Part shown: in pieces, positions 27,001 through 42,000 of the stretch | Numbering within the stretch: position 1 is the first letter of the stretch | Layout: every line of letters begins with the position of its first letter | Source of the DNA: Eledone cirrhosa | Taxonomy: Eukaryota | DNA length: 64,000 bases | NCBI GenBank assembly: GCA_964016885.1 | Contig: OZ024741.1 | Coordinates: 15,996,001 to 16,060,000 of the forward strand | Reading direction: 5' to 3' | Position numbers and translations under genes: made by a program | Notes under the pieces: model-generated | Told to the model about the DNA's origin: nothing | The model's database searches: none | The model's input: the letters and a program-made list of their open reading frames with translations, nothing else

Positions 27001-30000
27001 TAGACTGTTACTGTCGTCAGGGATAGACTGTTACTGTCGTCAGGGATAGACTGTTGGTGTCGTCAGGGATAGACTGTTGGTGTCGTCAGGGATAGACTGT
27101 TGCTGTCGTCAGGGATAGACTGTTGGTGTCGTCAGGGATAAACTGTTGGTGTCGTCAGGGATAGACTGTTGGTGTCGTCAGGGATAGACTGTTGGTGTCG
27201 TCAGGGATAGACTGTTGGTGTCGTCAGAGATAGACTGTTGGTGTCGTCAGGGATAGACTGTTGGTGTCGTCAGAGATAGACTGTTGGTGTCGTCAGGGAT
27301 AGACTGTTACTGTCGTCAGGGATAGACTGTTGGTGTCGTCAGGGATAAACTGTTGGTGTCGTCAGGGATAGACTGTTGGTGTCGTCAGGGATAGACTGTT
27401 GGTGTCGTCAGGGATAGACTGTTGGTGTCGTCAGAGATAGACTGTTGGTGTCGTCAGGGATAGACTGTTACTGTCGTCAGGGATAGACTGTTGGTGTCGT
27501 CAGGGATAAACTGTTGGTGTCGTCAGGGATAGACTGTTGGTGTCGTCAGGGATAGACTGTTGGTGTCGTCAGGGATAGACTGTTGGTGTCGTCAGGGATA
27601 GACTGTTACTGTCATTCAGGGATAGACTGTTGGTGTCGTCAGGGATAAACTGTTGGTGTCGTCAGGGATAGACTGTTGGTGTCGTCAGAGATAGACTGTT
27701 GGTGTCGTCAGGGATAGACTGTTACTGTCGTCAGGGATAAACTGTTGGTGTCGTCAGGGATAGACTGTTGGTGTCGTCAGGGATAAACTGTTGGTGTCGT
27801 CAGGGATAGACTGTTACTGTCGTCAGGGATAGACTGTTACTGTCGTCAGGGATAGACTGTTGGTGTCGTCAGGGATAGACTGTTGGTGTCGTCAGAGATA
27901 GACTGTTGGTGTCGTCAGGGATAGACTGTTACTGTCGTCAGGGATAGACTGTTGGTGTCGTCAGGGATAGACTGTTACTGTCGTCAGGGATAGACTGTTG
28001 GTGTCGTCAGGGATAAACTGTTGGTGTCGTCAGGGATAGACTGTTGGTGTCGTCAGGGATAGACTGTTGGTGTCGTCAGGGATAGACTGTTGGTGTCGTC
28101 AGAGATAGACTGTTGGTGTCGTCAGGGATAGACTGTTACTGTCGTCAGGGATAGACTGTTGGTGTCGTCAGGGATAAACTGTTGGTGTCGTCAGGGATAG
28201 ACTGTTGGTGTCGTCAGGGATAGACTGTTGGTGTCGTCAGGGATAGATTGTTGGTGTCGTCAGGGATAGACTGTTGGTGTCGTCAGGGATAAACTGTTGG
28301 TGTCGTCAGGGATAGCCTGTTGGTGTCGTCAGGGATAAACTGTTGGTGTCGTCAGGGATAGACTGTTGGTGTCGTCAGGGATAGACTGTTGGTGTCGTCA
28401 GGGATAGACTGTTGGTGTAGTCAGGGATAGACTGTTGGTGTCGTCAGGGATAGCCTGTTGGTGTCGTCAGGGATAAACTGTTGGTGTCGTCAGGGATAGA
28501 CTGTTGGTGTCGTCAGGGATAGACTGTTGGTGTCGTCAGGGATAGACTGTTGGTGTCGTCAGGGATAGACTGTTGGTGTCGTCAGGGATAGCCTGTTGGT
28601 GTCGTCAGGGATAAACTGTTGGTGTCGTCAGGGATAGACTGTTGGTGTCGTCAGGGATAGACTGTTGGTGTCGTCAGGGATAGACTGTTGGTGTCGTCAG
28701 GGATAAACTGTTGGTGTCGTCAAGTATAGACTGTTGGTGTCGTCAGGGATAGATTGTTGGTGTCGTCAGGGATAGACTGTTGGTGTCGTCAGGGATAAAC
28801 TGTTGGTGTCGTCAAGGATAGACTGTTGGTGTCGTCAGGGATAGACTGTTGGTGTAGTCAAGGATAAACTGTTGGTGTCGTCAGGGATAGACTGTTGGTG
28901 TCGTCAAGGATAGACTGTTGGTGTCGTCAGAGATAAACTGTTGGTGTCGTCAGGGATAAACTGTTGGTATCGTCAGGGATAGACTGTTGGTGTCGTCAGG
29001 GATAAACTGTTGGTGTCGTCAAGGATAGACTGTTGGTGTCGTCAGGGATAGATTGTTGGTGTCGTCAGGGATAGACTGTTGGTGTCGTCAGGGATAAACT
29101 GTTGGTGTCGTCAGGGATAGACTGTTGGTGTCGTCAAGGATAGACTGTTGGTGTCGTCAGAGATAAACTGTTGGTGTCGTCAGGGATAAACTGTTGGTGT
29201 CGTCAGGGATAGATTGTTGGTGTCGTCAGGGATAGACTGTTGGTGTCGTCAGAGATAAACTGTTGGTGTCGTCAGGGATAGACTGTTGGTGTCGTCAGGG
29301 ATAGACTGTTGGTGTCGTCAGGGATAAACTGTTGGTGTCGTCAGGAATAAACTGTTGGTGTCGTCAGGGAGAGACTGTTGGTGTCGTCAGGGATAGACTG
29401 TTGGTGTCGTCAGGGATAAACTGTTGGTGTCGTCAGGGATAGACTGTTGGTGTCGTCAGGGATAGACTGTTGGTGTCGTCAGGGATAAACTGTTGGTGTC
29501 GTCAGGGATAGACTGTTGGTGTCGTCAAGGATAAACTGTTGGTGTCGTCAGGGATAAACTGTTGGTGTCGTCAGGTATAGACTGTTGGTGTCGTCAGAGA
29601 TAAACTGTTGGTGTCGTCAGGGATAAACTGTTGGTGTCGTCAGGGATAAACTGTTGGTGTCGTCAGGGATAGACTGTTGGTGTCGTCAGGGATAGATTGT
29701 TGGTGTCGTCAGGGATAGACTGTTGGTGTCGTCAGAGATAGACTGTTGGTGTCGTCAGGGATAGATTGTTGGTGTCGTCAGGGATAGACTGTTGGTGTCG
29801 TCAGAGATAGATTGTTGGTGTCGTCAGGGATAGATTGTTGGTGTCGTCAGAGATAAACTGTTGGTGTCGTCAGGGATAAACTGTTGGTGTCGTCAGGGAT
29901 AGATTGTTGGTGTCGTCAGGGATAGACTGTTGGTGTCGTCAGAGATAAACTGTTGGTGTCGTCAGGGATAGACTGTTGGTGTCGTCAGGGATAGACTGTT

Positions 30001-33000
30001 GGTGTCGTCAGGGATAAACTGTTGGTGTCGTCAGGGATAAACTGTTGGTGTCGTCAGGGATAGACTGTTGGTGTCGTCAGGGATAAACTGTTGGTGTCGT
30101 CAGGGATAGACTGTTGGTGTCGTCAGGGATAAACTGTTGGTGTCGTCAGGGATAAACTGTTGGTGTCGTCAGAGATAGATTGTTGGTGTCGTCAGGGATA
30201 GACTGTTGGTGTCGTCAGGGATAGACTGTTGGTGTCGTCAGGGATAGACTGTTGGTGTCGTCAGGGATAGACTGTTGGTGTCGTCAGGGATAGACTGTTG
30301 GTGTCGTCAGGGATAGACTGTTGGTGTCGTCAGGGATAGACTGTTGGTGTCGTCAGAGATAAACTGTTGGTGTCGTCAGGGATAGACTGTTACTGTCGTC
30401 AGGGATAAACTGTTGGTGTCGTCAGGGATAGACTGTTGGTGTCGTCAGGGATAAACTGTTAGTGTCATCAGGGATAGACTGTTGGTGTCGTCAGGGATAG
30501 ACTGTTGGTGTCGTCAGGGATAGACTGTTGGTGTCGTCAGGGATAGACTGTTGGTGTCGTCAGGGATAGACTGTTGGTGTCGTCAGGGATAGACTGTTGG
30601 TGTCGTCAGGGATAGCCTGTTGGTGTCGTCAGGGATAGATTGTTGGTGTCGTCAGGGATAGACTGTTGGTGTCGTCAGGGATAAACTGTTGGTGTCGTCA
30701 GGGATAGACTGTTGGTGTCGTCAGGGATAGACTGTTGGTGTCGTCAGGGATAGACTGTTGGTGTCGTCAGGGATAGATTGTTGGTGTCGTCAGGGATAGA
30801 CTGTTGGTGTCGTCAGGGATAAACTGTTGGTGTCGTCAGGGATAGCCTGTTGGTGTCGTCAGGGATAAACTGTTGGTGTCGTCAGGGATAGACTGTTGGT
30901 GTCGTCAGGGATAGACTGTTGGTGTCGTCAGGGATAGACTGTTGGTGTCGTCTGGGATAGACTGTTGGTGTCGTCAGGGATAGCCTGTTGGTGTCGTCAG
31001 GGATAAACTGTTGGTGTCGTCAGGGATAGACTGTTGGTGTCGTCAGGGATAGACTGTTGGTGTCGTCAGGGATAGACTGTTGGTGTCGTCAGGGATAGAC
31101 TGTTGGTGTCGTCAGGGATAGCCTGTTGGTGTCGTCAGGGATAAACTGTTGGTGTCGTCAGGGATAGACTGTTGGTGTCGTCAGGGATAGACTGTTGGTG
31201 TCGTCAGGGATAGACTGTTGGTGTCGTCAGGGATAGACTGTTGGTGTCGTCAGGGATAAACTGTTGGTGTCGTCAGGGATAGCCTGTTGGTGTCGTCAGG
31301 GATAAACTGTTGGTGTCGTCAGGGATAGACTGTTGGTGTCGTCAGGGATAGACTGTTGGTGTCGTCAGGGATAGACTGTTGGTGTCGTCAGGGATAGACT
31401 GTTGGTGTCGTCAGGGATAGACTGTTGGTGTCGTCAGGGATAGACTGTTGGTGTCGTCAGGGATAAACTGTTGGTGTCGTCAAGGATAGACTGTTGGTGT
31501 CGTCAGGGATAGATTGTTGGTGTCGTCAGGGATAGACTGTTGGTGTCGTCAGGGATAAACTGTTGGTGTCGTCAAGGATAGACTGTTGGTGTCGTCAGGG
31601 ATAGACTGTTGGTGTCGTCAAGGATAAACTGTTGGTGTCGTCAGGGATAGACTGTTGGTGTCGTCAAGGATAGACTGTTGGTGTCGTCAGAGATAAACTG
31701 TTGGTGTCGTCAGGGATAAACTGTTGGTGTCGTCAGGGATAGACTGTTGGTGTCGTCAGGGATAAACTGTTGGTGTCGTCAAGGATAGACTGTTGGTGTC
31801 GTCAGGGATAGATTGTTGGTGTCGTCAGGGATAAACTGTTGGTGTCGTCAGGGATAAACTGTTGGTGTCGTCAGGGATAGACTGTTGGTGTCGTCAAGGA
31901 TAGACTGTTGGTGTCGTCAAGGATAGACTGTTGGTGTCGTCAGGGATAGATTGTTGGTGTCGTCAGGGATAGACTGTTGGTGTCGTCAGGGATAAACTGT
32001 TGGTGTCGTCAGGGAGAGACTGTTGGTGTCGTCAGGGATAGACTGTTGGTGTCGTCAGGGATAAACTGTTGGTGTCGTCAGGGATAGACTGTTGGTGTCG
32101 TCAGGGATAGACTGTTGGTGTCGTCAGGGATAGACTGTTGGTGTCGTCAGGGATAGACTGTTGGTGTCGTCAGGGATAGACTGTTGGTGTCGTCAGGGAT
32201 AGATTGTTGGTGTCGTCAGGGATAGACTGTTGGTGTCGTCAGAGATAGACTGTTGGTGTCGTCAGGGATAGATTGTTGGTGTCGTCAGGGATAGACTGTT
32301 GGTGTCGTCAGAGATAAACTGTTGGTGTCGTCAGGGATAAACTGTTGGTGTCGTCAGGGATAGATTGTTGGTGTCGTCAGGGATAGACTGTTGGTGTCGT
32401 CAGAGATAAACTGTTGGTGTCGTCAGGGATAGACTGTTTGTGTCGTCAGGGATAGACTGTTGGTGTCGTCAGGGATAAACTGTTGGTGTCGTCAGGGATA
32501 AACTGTTGGTGTCGTCAGGGATAGACTGTTGGTGTCGTCAGAGATAAACTGTTGGTGTCGTCAGGGATAAACTGTTGGTGTCGTCAGGGATAGACTGTTG
32601 GTGTCGTCAGAGATAAACTGTTGGTGTCGTCAGGGATAAACTGTTGGTGTCGTCAGGGATAGACTGTTGGTGTCGTCAGGGATAAACTGTTGGTGTCGTC
32701 AGGGATAAACTGTTGGTGTCGTCAGAGATAGATTGTTGGTGTCGTCAGGGATAGACTGTTGGTGTCGTCAGGGATAGACTGTTGGTGTCGTCAGGGATAG
32801 ACTGTTGGTGTCGTCAGGGATAGACTGTTGGTGTCGTCAGGGATAGATTGTTGGTGTCGTCAGGGATAGACTGTTGGTGTCGTCAGAGATAAACTGTTGG
32901 TGTCGTCAGGGATAAACTGTTGGTGTCGTCAGGGATAGATTGTTGGTGTCGTCAGGGATAGACTGTTGGTGTCGTCAGAGATAAACTGTTGGTGTCGTCA

Positions 33001-36000
33001 GGGATAAACTGTTGGTGTCGTCAGGGATAGATTGTTGGTGTCGTCAGGGATAGACTGTTGGTGTCGTCAGAGATAAACTGTTGGTGTCGTCATGGATAGA
33101 CTGTTGGTGTCGTCAGGGATAGATTGTTGGTGTCGTCAGGGATAGACTGTTGGTGTCGTCAGGGATAGATTGTTGGTGTCGTCAGGGATAGACTGTTGGT
33201 GTCGTCAGGGATAGATTGTTGGTGTCGTCAGGGATAGACTGTTGGTGTCGTCAGGGATAGACTGTTGGTGTCGTCAGAGATAAACTGTTGGTGTCGTCAG
33301 GGATAAACTGTTGGTGTCGTCAGGGATAGATTGTTGGTGTCGTCAGGGATAGACTGATGGTGTCGTCAGAGATAAACTGTTGGTGTCGTCAGGGATAAAC
33401 TGTTGGTGTCGTCAGGGATAGATTGTTGGTGTCGTCAGGGATAGACTGTTGGTGTCGTCAGAGATGAACTGTTGGTGTCGTCAGGGATAGACTGTTGGTG
33501 TCGTCAGGGATAGACTGTTGGTGTCGTCAGGGATAAACTGTTGGTGTCGTCAGGGATAAACTGTTGGTGTCGTCAGGGAGAGACTGTTGGCGTCGTCAGG
33601 GATAGACTGTTGGTGTCGTCAGGGATAAACTGTTGGTGTCGTCAGGGATAGACTGTTGGTGTCGTCAGGGATAGACTGTTGGTGTCGTCAGGGATAAACT
33701 GTTGGTGTCGTCAGGGATAGACTGTTGGTGTCGTCAAGGATAAACTGTTGGTGTCGTCAGGGATAAACTGTTGGTGTCGTCAGGGATAGACTGTTGGTGT
33801 CGTCAGAGATAAACTGTTGGTGTCGTCAGGGATAAACTGTTGGTGTCGTCAGGGATAAACTGTTGGTGTCGTCAGGGATAGACTGTTGGTGTCGTCAGGG
33901 ATAGACTGTTGGTGTCGTCAGGGATAGACTGTTACTGTCGTCAGGGATAGACTGTTGGTGTCGTCAGAGATAGACTGTTGGTGTCGTCAGGGATAGACTG
34001 TTGGTGTCGTCAGAGATAGACTGTTACTGTCGTCAGGGATAGACTGTTGGTGTCGTCAGGGATAGACTGTTGGTGTCGTCAGGGATAGACTGTTGGTGTC
34101 GTCAGGGATAGACTGTTGGTGTCGTCAGGGATAAACTGTTGGTGTCGTCAGGGATAGACTGTTGGTGTCGTCAGGGATAGACTGTTACTGTCGTCAGGGA
34201 TAGACTGTTGGTGTCGTCAGAGATAGACTGTTGGTGTCGTCAGGTATAGACTGTTGGTGTCGTCACGGATAAACTGTTGGTGTCGTCAGGGATAGACTGT
34301 TGGTGTCGTCAGGGATAGACTGTTGGTGTCGTCTTGGATAGACTGTTGGTGTCGTCAGGGATAGATTGTTGGTGTCGTCAGGGATAGACTGTTGGTATCG
34401 TCAGGGATAGACTGTTGGTGTCGTCAGGGATAGACTGTTGGTGTCGTCAGGGATAGACTGTTGGTGTCGTCAGGGATAAACTGTTGGTGTCGTCAGGGAT
34501 AGACTGTTGGTGTCGTCAGGGATAGACTGTTGGTGTCGTCAGGGATAGACTGTTGGTGTCGTCAATGATAGACTGTTGCTGTCGTCAGGGATAGACTGTT
34601 GGTGTCGTCAGGGATAGACTGTTGGTGTCGTCAGGAATAGACTGTTGCTGTCGTCAGGGATAGACTGTTGGTGTCGTCAGGGATAGACTGTTGGTGTCGT
34701 CAGGGATAGACTGTTGGTGTCGTCAGGGATAGACTGTTGGTGTCGTCAGGGATAGACTGTTGGTGTCGTCAGGGATAGACTGTTGGTGTCGTCAAGGATA
34801 GACTGTTGCTGTCGTCAGGGATAGAATGTTGGTGTCGTCAGGGATAGACTGTTGGTGTCGTCAATGATAGACTGTTGCTGTCGTCAGGGATAGACTGTTG
34901 GTGTCGTCAGGGATAGACTGTTGGTGTCGTCAGGGATAGACTGTTGCTGTCGTCAGGGATAGACTGTTGGTGTCGTCAGGGATAGACTGTTGGTGTCGTC
35001 AGGGATAGACTGTTGGTGTCGTCAGGGATAGACTGTTGGTGTCGTCAGGGATAGACTGTTGGTGTCGTCAGGGATAGACTGTTGGTGTCGTCAGGGATAG
35101 ACTGTTGGTGTCGTCAGGGATAGACTGTTGGTGTCGTCAGGGATAGACTGTTGGTGTCGTCAGGGATAGACTGTTGGTGTCGTCAGGGATAGACTGTTGC
35201 TGTCGTCAGGGATAGACTGTTGGTGTCGTCAGGGATAGACTGTTGGTGTCGTCAGGGATAGACTGTTGGTGTCGTCACGGATAAACTGTTGGTGTCGTCA
35301 GGGATAGACTGTTGGTGTCGTCAGGGATAGACTGTTGGTGTCGTCAGGGATAGACTGTTGGTGTCGTCAAGGATAGACTGTTGGTATCGTCAGGGATAGA
35401 CTGTTGGTGTCGTCAGGGAGAGACTGATGGTGTCGACAGGGATAGACTGTTGGTATCGTCAGGGATAGACTGTTGGTGTCGTCAGGGATAGCCTGTTGGT
35501 GTCGTCAAGGATAGACTGTTGGTGTCGTCAGGGATAGACTGTTGGTGTCGTCAGGGATAGACTGTTGGTGTCGTCAATGATAGACTGTTGCTGTCGTCAG
35601 GGATAGACTGTTGGTGTCGTCAGGGATAGACTGTTGGTGTCGTCAGGGATAGACTGTTGCTGTCGTCAGGGATAGACTGTTGGCGTCGTCAGGGATAGAC
35701 TGTTGGTGTCGTCAGGGATAGACTGTTGGTGTCGTCAGGGATAGACTGTTGGTGTCGTCAGGGATAGACTGTTGGTGTCGTCAATGATAGACTGTTGCTG
35801 TCGTCAGGGATAGACTGTTGGTGTCGTCAGGGATAGACTGTTGGTGTCGTCAGGGATAGACTGTTGCTGTCGTCAGGGATAGACTGTTGGTGTCGTCAGG
35901 GATAGACTGTTGGTGTCGTCAGGGATAGACTGTTGGTGTCGTCAGGGATAGACTGTTGGTGTCGTCACGGATAAACTGTTGGTGTCGTCAGGGATAGACT

Positions 36001-39000
36001 GTTGGTGTCGTCAGGGATAGACTGTTGGTGTCGTCAGGGATAGACTGTTGGTGTCGTCAAGGATAGACTGTTGGTATCGTCAGGGATAGACTGTTGGTGT
36101 CGTCAGGGAGAGACTGTTGGTGTCGTCAGGGATAGACTGTTGGTATCGTCAGGGATAGACTGTTGGTGTCGTCAGGGATAGCCTGTTGGTGTCGTCAAGG
36201 ATAGACTGTTGGTGTCGTCAGGGATAGACTGTTGGTGTCGTCAGGGATAGACTGTTGGTGTCGTCAGGGATAGACTGTTGGTGTCGTCAAGGATAAACTG
36301 TTGGTGTCGTCAGGGATAGACTGTTGGTGTCGTCAGGGATAGACTGTTGGTGTCGTCAGGGATAGACTGTTGGTGTTGTCAGGGATAGACTGTTGGTGTC
36401 GTCAGGGATAGACTGTTGGTGTCGTCAGGGATAGATTGTTGGTGTCGTCAGAGATACACTGTTACTGTCGTCAGGGATAGACTGTTGGTGTCGTCAGTGA
36501 TAGACTGTTGGTGTCGTCTGGGATAGACTGTTGGTGTCGTCAAGGATAAACTGTTGGTGTCGTCAGGGATAGACTGTTGGTGTCGTCAGGGATAGACTGT
36601 TGGTGTCGTCACGGATAGACTGTTGGAGTCGTCAGGGATAGACTGTTGGTGTCGTCAAGGATAGACTGTTGGTGTCGTCAAGGATAGCCTGTTGGTGTCG
36701 TCAGAGATAGACTGTTGGTGTCGTCAGGGATAGACTGTTGGTGTCGTCAGGGATAGACTGTTGGTGTCGTCAGGGATAAACTGTTGGTGTCGTCAGGGAT
36801 AGACTGTTAGTGTCATCAGGGAGAGACTGTTGGTGTCGTCACGGATAGACTGTTGGAGTCGTCAGGGATAGACTGTTGGTGTCGTCAGGGATAGACTGTT
36901 GGTGTCGTCAGGGATAAACTGTTGGTGTCGTCAGGGATAGACTGTTAGTGTCGTCAAGGATAGACTGTTGGTGTCGTCAGGGATAGACTGTTGGTGTCGT
37001 CAGGGATAGACTGTTAGTGTCATCAGGGAGAGACTGTTGGTGTCGTCACGGATAGACTGTTGGAGTCGTCAGGGATAGACTGTTGGTGTCGTCAGGGATA
37101 GACTGTTGGTGTCGTTAGGGATAGACTGTTGGTGTCGTCAGGGATAAACTGTTGGTGTCGTCAGGGATAGACTGTTGGTGTCGTCAAGGATAGACTGTTG
37201 GTGTCGTCAGGGATAGACTGTTGGTGTCGTCAGGGATAGCCTGTTGGTGTCGTCAGAGATAGACTGTTGGTGTCGTCAGGGATAGACTGTTGGTGTCGTC
37301 AGGGATAGACTGTTGGTGTCGTCAGGGATAGCCTGTTGGTGTCGTCAGGGATAGACTGTTGGTGTCGTCAGGGATAGACTGTTGGTGTCGTCAGGGATAG
37401 ACTGTTGGTGTCATCAGGGATAGACTGTTGGTGTCGTCAGGGATAGACTGTTGGTGTCGTCAGGGATAAACTGTTGGTGTCGTCAGGGATAGACTGTTAG
37501 TGTCATCAGGGAGAGACTGTTGGTGTCGTCAGGGAGAGACTGTTGGTGTCGTCAGGGATAGACTGTTGGTGTCGTCAGGGATAGACTGTTGGTGTCGTCA
37601 GGGATAGACAGTTGGTATCGTCAGGGAGAGACTGTTACTGTCGTCAGGGATAGACTGTTGGTGTCGTCAGGGATAGACTGTTGGTGTCGTCAGGGATAGA
37701 TTGTTGGTGTCGTCAGAGATAGACTGTTACTGTCGTCAGGGATAGACTGTTGGTGTCGTCAGGGATAGACTGTTGGTGTCGTAAGGGATAGACTGTTGGT
37801 GTCGTCAGGGATAGATTGTTGGTGTCATCAGTGATAGACTGTTGCTGTCGTCAGGGATAGACTGTTGGTGTCGTCAGGGATAGACTGTTGGTGTCGTCAG
37901 GGATAAACTGTTGGTGTCGTCAGGGATAGACTGTTGGTATCGTCAGGGATAGATTGTTGGTGTCGTCAGGGATAGACTGTTGGTGTCGTCACGGATAAAC
38001 TGTTGGTGTCGTCAGGGATAGACTGTTGGTATCGTCAGGGATAGATTGTTGGTGTCGTCAGGGATAGACTGTTGGTGTCGTCAGGGATAGACTGTTGGTG
38101 TCGTCAGGGATAGACTGTTGGTGTCGTCAGGGATAGACTGTTGGTGTCGTCAGGGATAGACTGTTGGTGTCGTCACGGATAAACTGTTGGTGTCGTCAGG
38201 GATAGACTGTTGGTGTCGTCAGGGATAGACTGTTGGTGTCGTCAGGGATAAACTGTTGGTGTCGTCAGGGATAGACTGTTGGTGTCGTCAGGGATAGACT
38301 GTTGGTGTCGTCAGGGATAGACTGTTGGTGTCGTCAGGGATAAACTGTTGGTGTCGTCAGGGATAGACTGTTGGTATTGTCAGGGATAGACTGTTGGTGT
38401 CGTCAGGGATAGACTGTTGGTGTCGTCAGGGATAGACTGTTGGTGTCGTCAGGGATAGACTGTTGGTGTCGTCAGGGATAGACTGTTGGTGTCGTCAGGG
38501 ATAGCCTGTTGGTGTCGTCAAGGATAGACTGTTGGTGTCGTCAGGGATAGACTGTTGGTGTCGTCAGGGAAAGACTGTTGGTGTCGTCAGGGATAAACTG
38601 TTGGTGTCGTCAGGGATAGACTGTTGGTGTCGTCAGGGATAGACTGTTGGTGTCGTCAGGGATAAACTGTTGGTGTCGTCAGGGATAGACTGTTGTTGTC
38701 GTCAGGGATAGACTGTTGGTGTCGTCAGGGATAAACTGTTGGTGTCGTCAGGGATAGACTGTTGGTGTCGTCAGGGATAGACTGTTGGTGTCGTCAGGGA
38801 TAAACTGTTGGTGTCGTCAGGGATAGACTGTTGGTGTCGTCAAGGATAAACTGTTGGTGTCGTCAGGGATAAACTGTTGGTGTCGTCAGGGATAGACTGT
38901 TGGTGTCGTCAGAGATAAACTGTTGGTGTCGTCAGGGATAAACTGTTGGTGTCGTCAGGGATAAACTGTTGGTGTCGTCAGGGATAGACTGTTGGTGTCG

Positions 39001-42000
39001 TCAGGGATAGACTGTTGGTGTCGTCAGGGATAGACTGTTACTGTCGTCAGGGATAGACTGTTGGTGTCGTCAGAGATAGACTGTTGGTGTCGTCAGGGAT
39101 AGACTGTTGGTGTCGTCAGAGATAGACTGTTACTGTCGTCAGGGATAGACTGTTGGTGTCGTCAGGGATAGACTGTTGGTGTCGTCAGGGATAGACTGTT
39201 GGTGTCGTCACGGATAAACTGTTGGTGTCGTCAGGGATAAACTGTTGGTGTCGTCAGGGATAGACTGTTGGTGTCGTCAGGGATAAACTGTTGGTGTCGT
39301 CAGGGATAGACTGTTGGTGTCGTCAGGGATAGACTGTTACTGTCGTCAGGGATAGACTGTTGGTGTCGTCAGAGATAGACTGTTGGTGTCGTCAGGGATA
39401 GACTGTTGGTGTCGTCACGGATAAACTGTTGGTGTCGTCAGGGATAGACTGTTGGTGTCGTCAGGGATAGACTGTTGGTGTCGTCAGGGATAGACTGTTG
39501 GTGTCGTCAGGGATAGATTGTTGGTGTCGTCAGGGATAGACTGTTGGTATCGTCAGGGATAGACTGTTGGTGTCGTCAGGGATAGACTGTTGGTGTCGTC
39601 AGGGATAGACTGTTGGTGTCGTCAGGGATAAACTGTTGGTGTCGTCAGGGATAGACTGTTGGTGTCGTCAGGGATAGACTGTTGGTGTCGTCAGGGATAG
39701 ACTGTTGGTGTCGTCAATGATAGACTGTTGCTGTCGTCAGGGATAGACTGTTGGTGTCGTCAGGGATAGACTGTTGGTGTCGTCAGGGATAGACTGTTGC
39801 TGTCGTCAGGGATAGACTGTTGGTGTCGTCAGGGATAGACTGTTGGTGTCGTCAGGGATAGACTGTTGGTGTCGTCAGGGATAGACTGTTGGTGTCGTCA
39901 GGGATAGACTGTTGGTGTCGTCAGGGATAGACTGTTGGTGTTGTCAAGGATAGACTGTTGCTGTCGTCAGGGATAGAATGTTGGTGTCGTCAGGGATAGA
40001 CTGTTGGTGTCGTCAATGATAGACTGTTGCTGTCGTCAGGGATAGACTGTTGGTGTCGTCAGGGATAGACTGTTGGTGTCGTCAGGGATAGACTGTTGCT
40101 GTCGTCAGGGATAGACTGTTGGTGTCGTCAGGGATAGACTGTTGGTGTCGTCAGGGATAGACTGTTGGTGTCGTCAGGGATAGACTGTTGGTGTCGTCAG
40201 GGATAGACTGTTGGTGTCGTCAGGGATAGACTGTTGGTGTCGTCAGGGATAGACTGTTGGTGTCGTCAGGGATAGACTGTTGGTGTCGTCAGGGATAGAC
40301 TGTTGGTGTCGTCAGGGATAGACTGTTGGTGTCGTCAGGGATAGACTGTTGCTGTCGTCAGGGATAGACTGTTGGTGTCGTCAGGGATAGACTGTTGGTG
40401 TCGTCAGGGATAGACTGTTGGTGTCGTCAGGGATAGACTGTTGCTGTCGTCAGGGATAGACTGTTGGTGTCGTCAGGGATAGACTGTTGGTGTCGTCAGG
40501 GATAGACTGTTGGTGTCGTCACGGATAAACTGTTGGTGTCGTCAGGGATAGACTGTTGGTGTCGTCAGGGATAGACTGTTGGTGTCGTCAGGGATAGACT
40601 GTTGGTGTCGTCAAGGATAGACTGTTGGTATCGTCAGGGATAGACTGTTGGTGTCGTCAGGGAGAGACTGTTGGTGTCGTCAGGGATAGACTGTTGGTAT
40701 CGTCAGGGATAGACTGTTGGTGTCGTCAGGGATAGCCTGTTGGTGTCGTCAAGGATAGACTGTTGGTGTCGTCAGGGATAGACTGTTGGTGTCGTCAGGG
40801 ATAGACTGTTGGTGTCGTCAATGATAGACTGTTGCTGTCGTCAGGGATAGACTGTTGGTGTCGTCAGGGATAGACTGTTGGTGTCGTCAGGGATAGACTG
40901 TTGCTGTCGTCAGGGATAGACTGTTGGCGTCGTCAGGGATAGACTGTTGGTGTCGTCAGGGATAGACTGTTGGTGTCGTCAGGGATAGACTGTTGGTGTC
41001 GTCAGGGATAGACTGTTGGTGTCGTCAATGATAGACTGTTGCTGTCGTCAGGGATAGACTGTTGGTGTCGTCAGGGATAGACTGTTGGTGTCGTCAGGGA
41101 TAGACTGTTGCTGTCGTCAGGGATAGACTGTTGGTGTCGTCAGGGATAGACTGTTGGTGTCGTCAGGGATAGACTGTTGGTGTCGTCAGGGATAGACTGT
41201 TGGTGTCGTCACGGATAAACTGTTGGTGTCGTCAGGGATAGACTGTTGGTGTCGTCAGGGATAGACTGTTGGTGTCGTCAGGGATAGACTGTTGGTGTCG
41301 TCAAGGATAGACTGTTGGTATCGTCAGGGATAGACTGTTGGTGTCGTCAGGGAGAGACTGTTGGTGTCGTCAGGGATAGACTGTTGGTATCGTCAGGGAT
41401 AGACTGTTGGTGTCGTCAGGGATAGCCTGTTGGTGTCGTCAAGGATAGACTGTTGGTGTCGTCAGGGATAGACTGTTGGTGTCGTCAGGGATAGACTGTT
41501 GGTGTCGTCAGGGATAGACTGTTGGTGTCGTCAAGGATAAACTGTTGGTGTCGTTAGGGATAGACTGTTGGTGTCGTCAGGGATAGACTGTTGGTATCGT
41601 CAGGGATAGACTGTTGGTGTTGTCAGGGATAGACTGTTGGTGTCGTCAGGGATAGACTGTTGGTGTCGTCAGGGATAGATTGTTGGTGTCGTCAGAGATA
41701 CACTGTTACTGTCGTCAGGGATAGACTGTTGGTGTCGTCAGTGATAGACTGTTGGTGTCGTCTGGGATAGACTGTTGGTGTCGTCAAGGATAAACTGTTG
41801 GTGTCGTCAGGGATAGACTGTTGGTGTCGTCAGGGATAGACTGTTGGTGTCGTCACGGATAGACTGTTGGAGTCGTCAGGGATAGACTGTTGGTGTCGTC
41901 AAGGATAGACTGTTGGTGTCGTCAAGGATAGCCTGTTGGTGTCGTCAGAGATAGACTGTTGGTGTCGTCAGGGATAGACTGTTGGTGTCGTCAGGGATAG

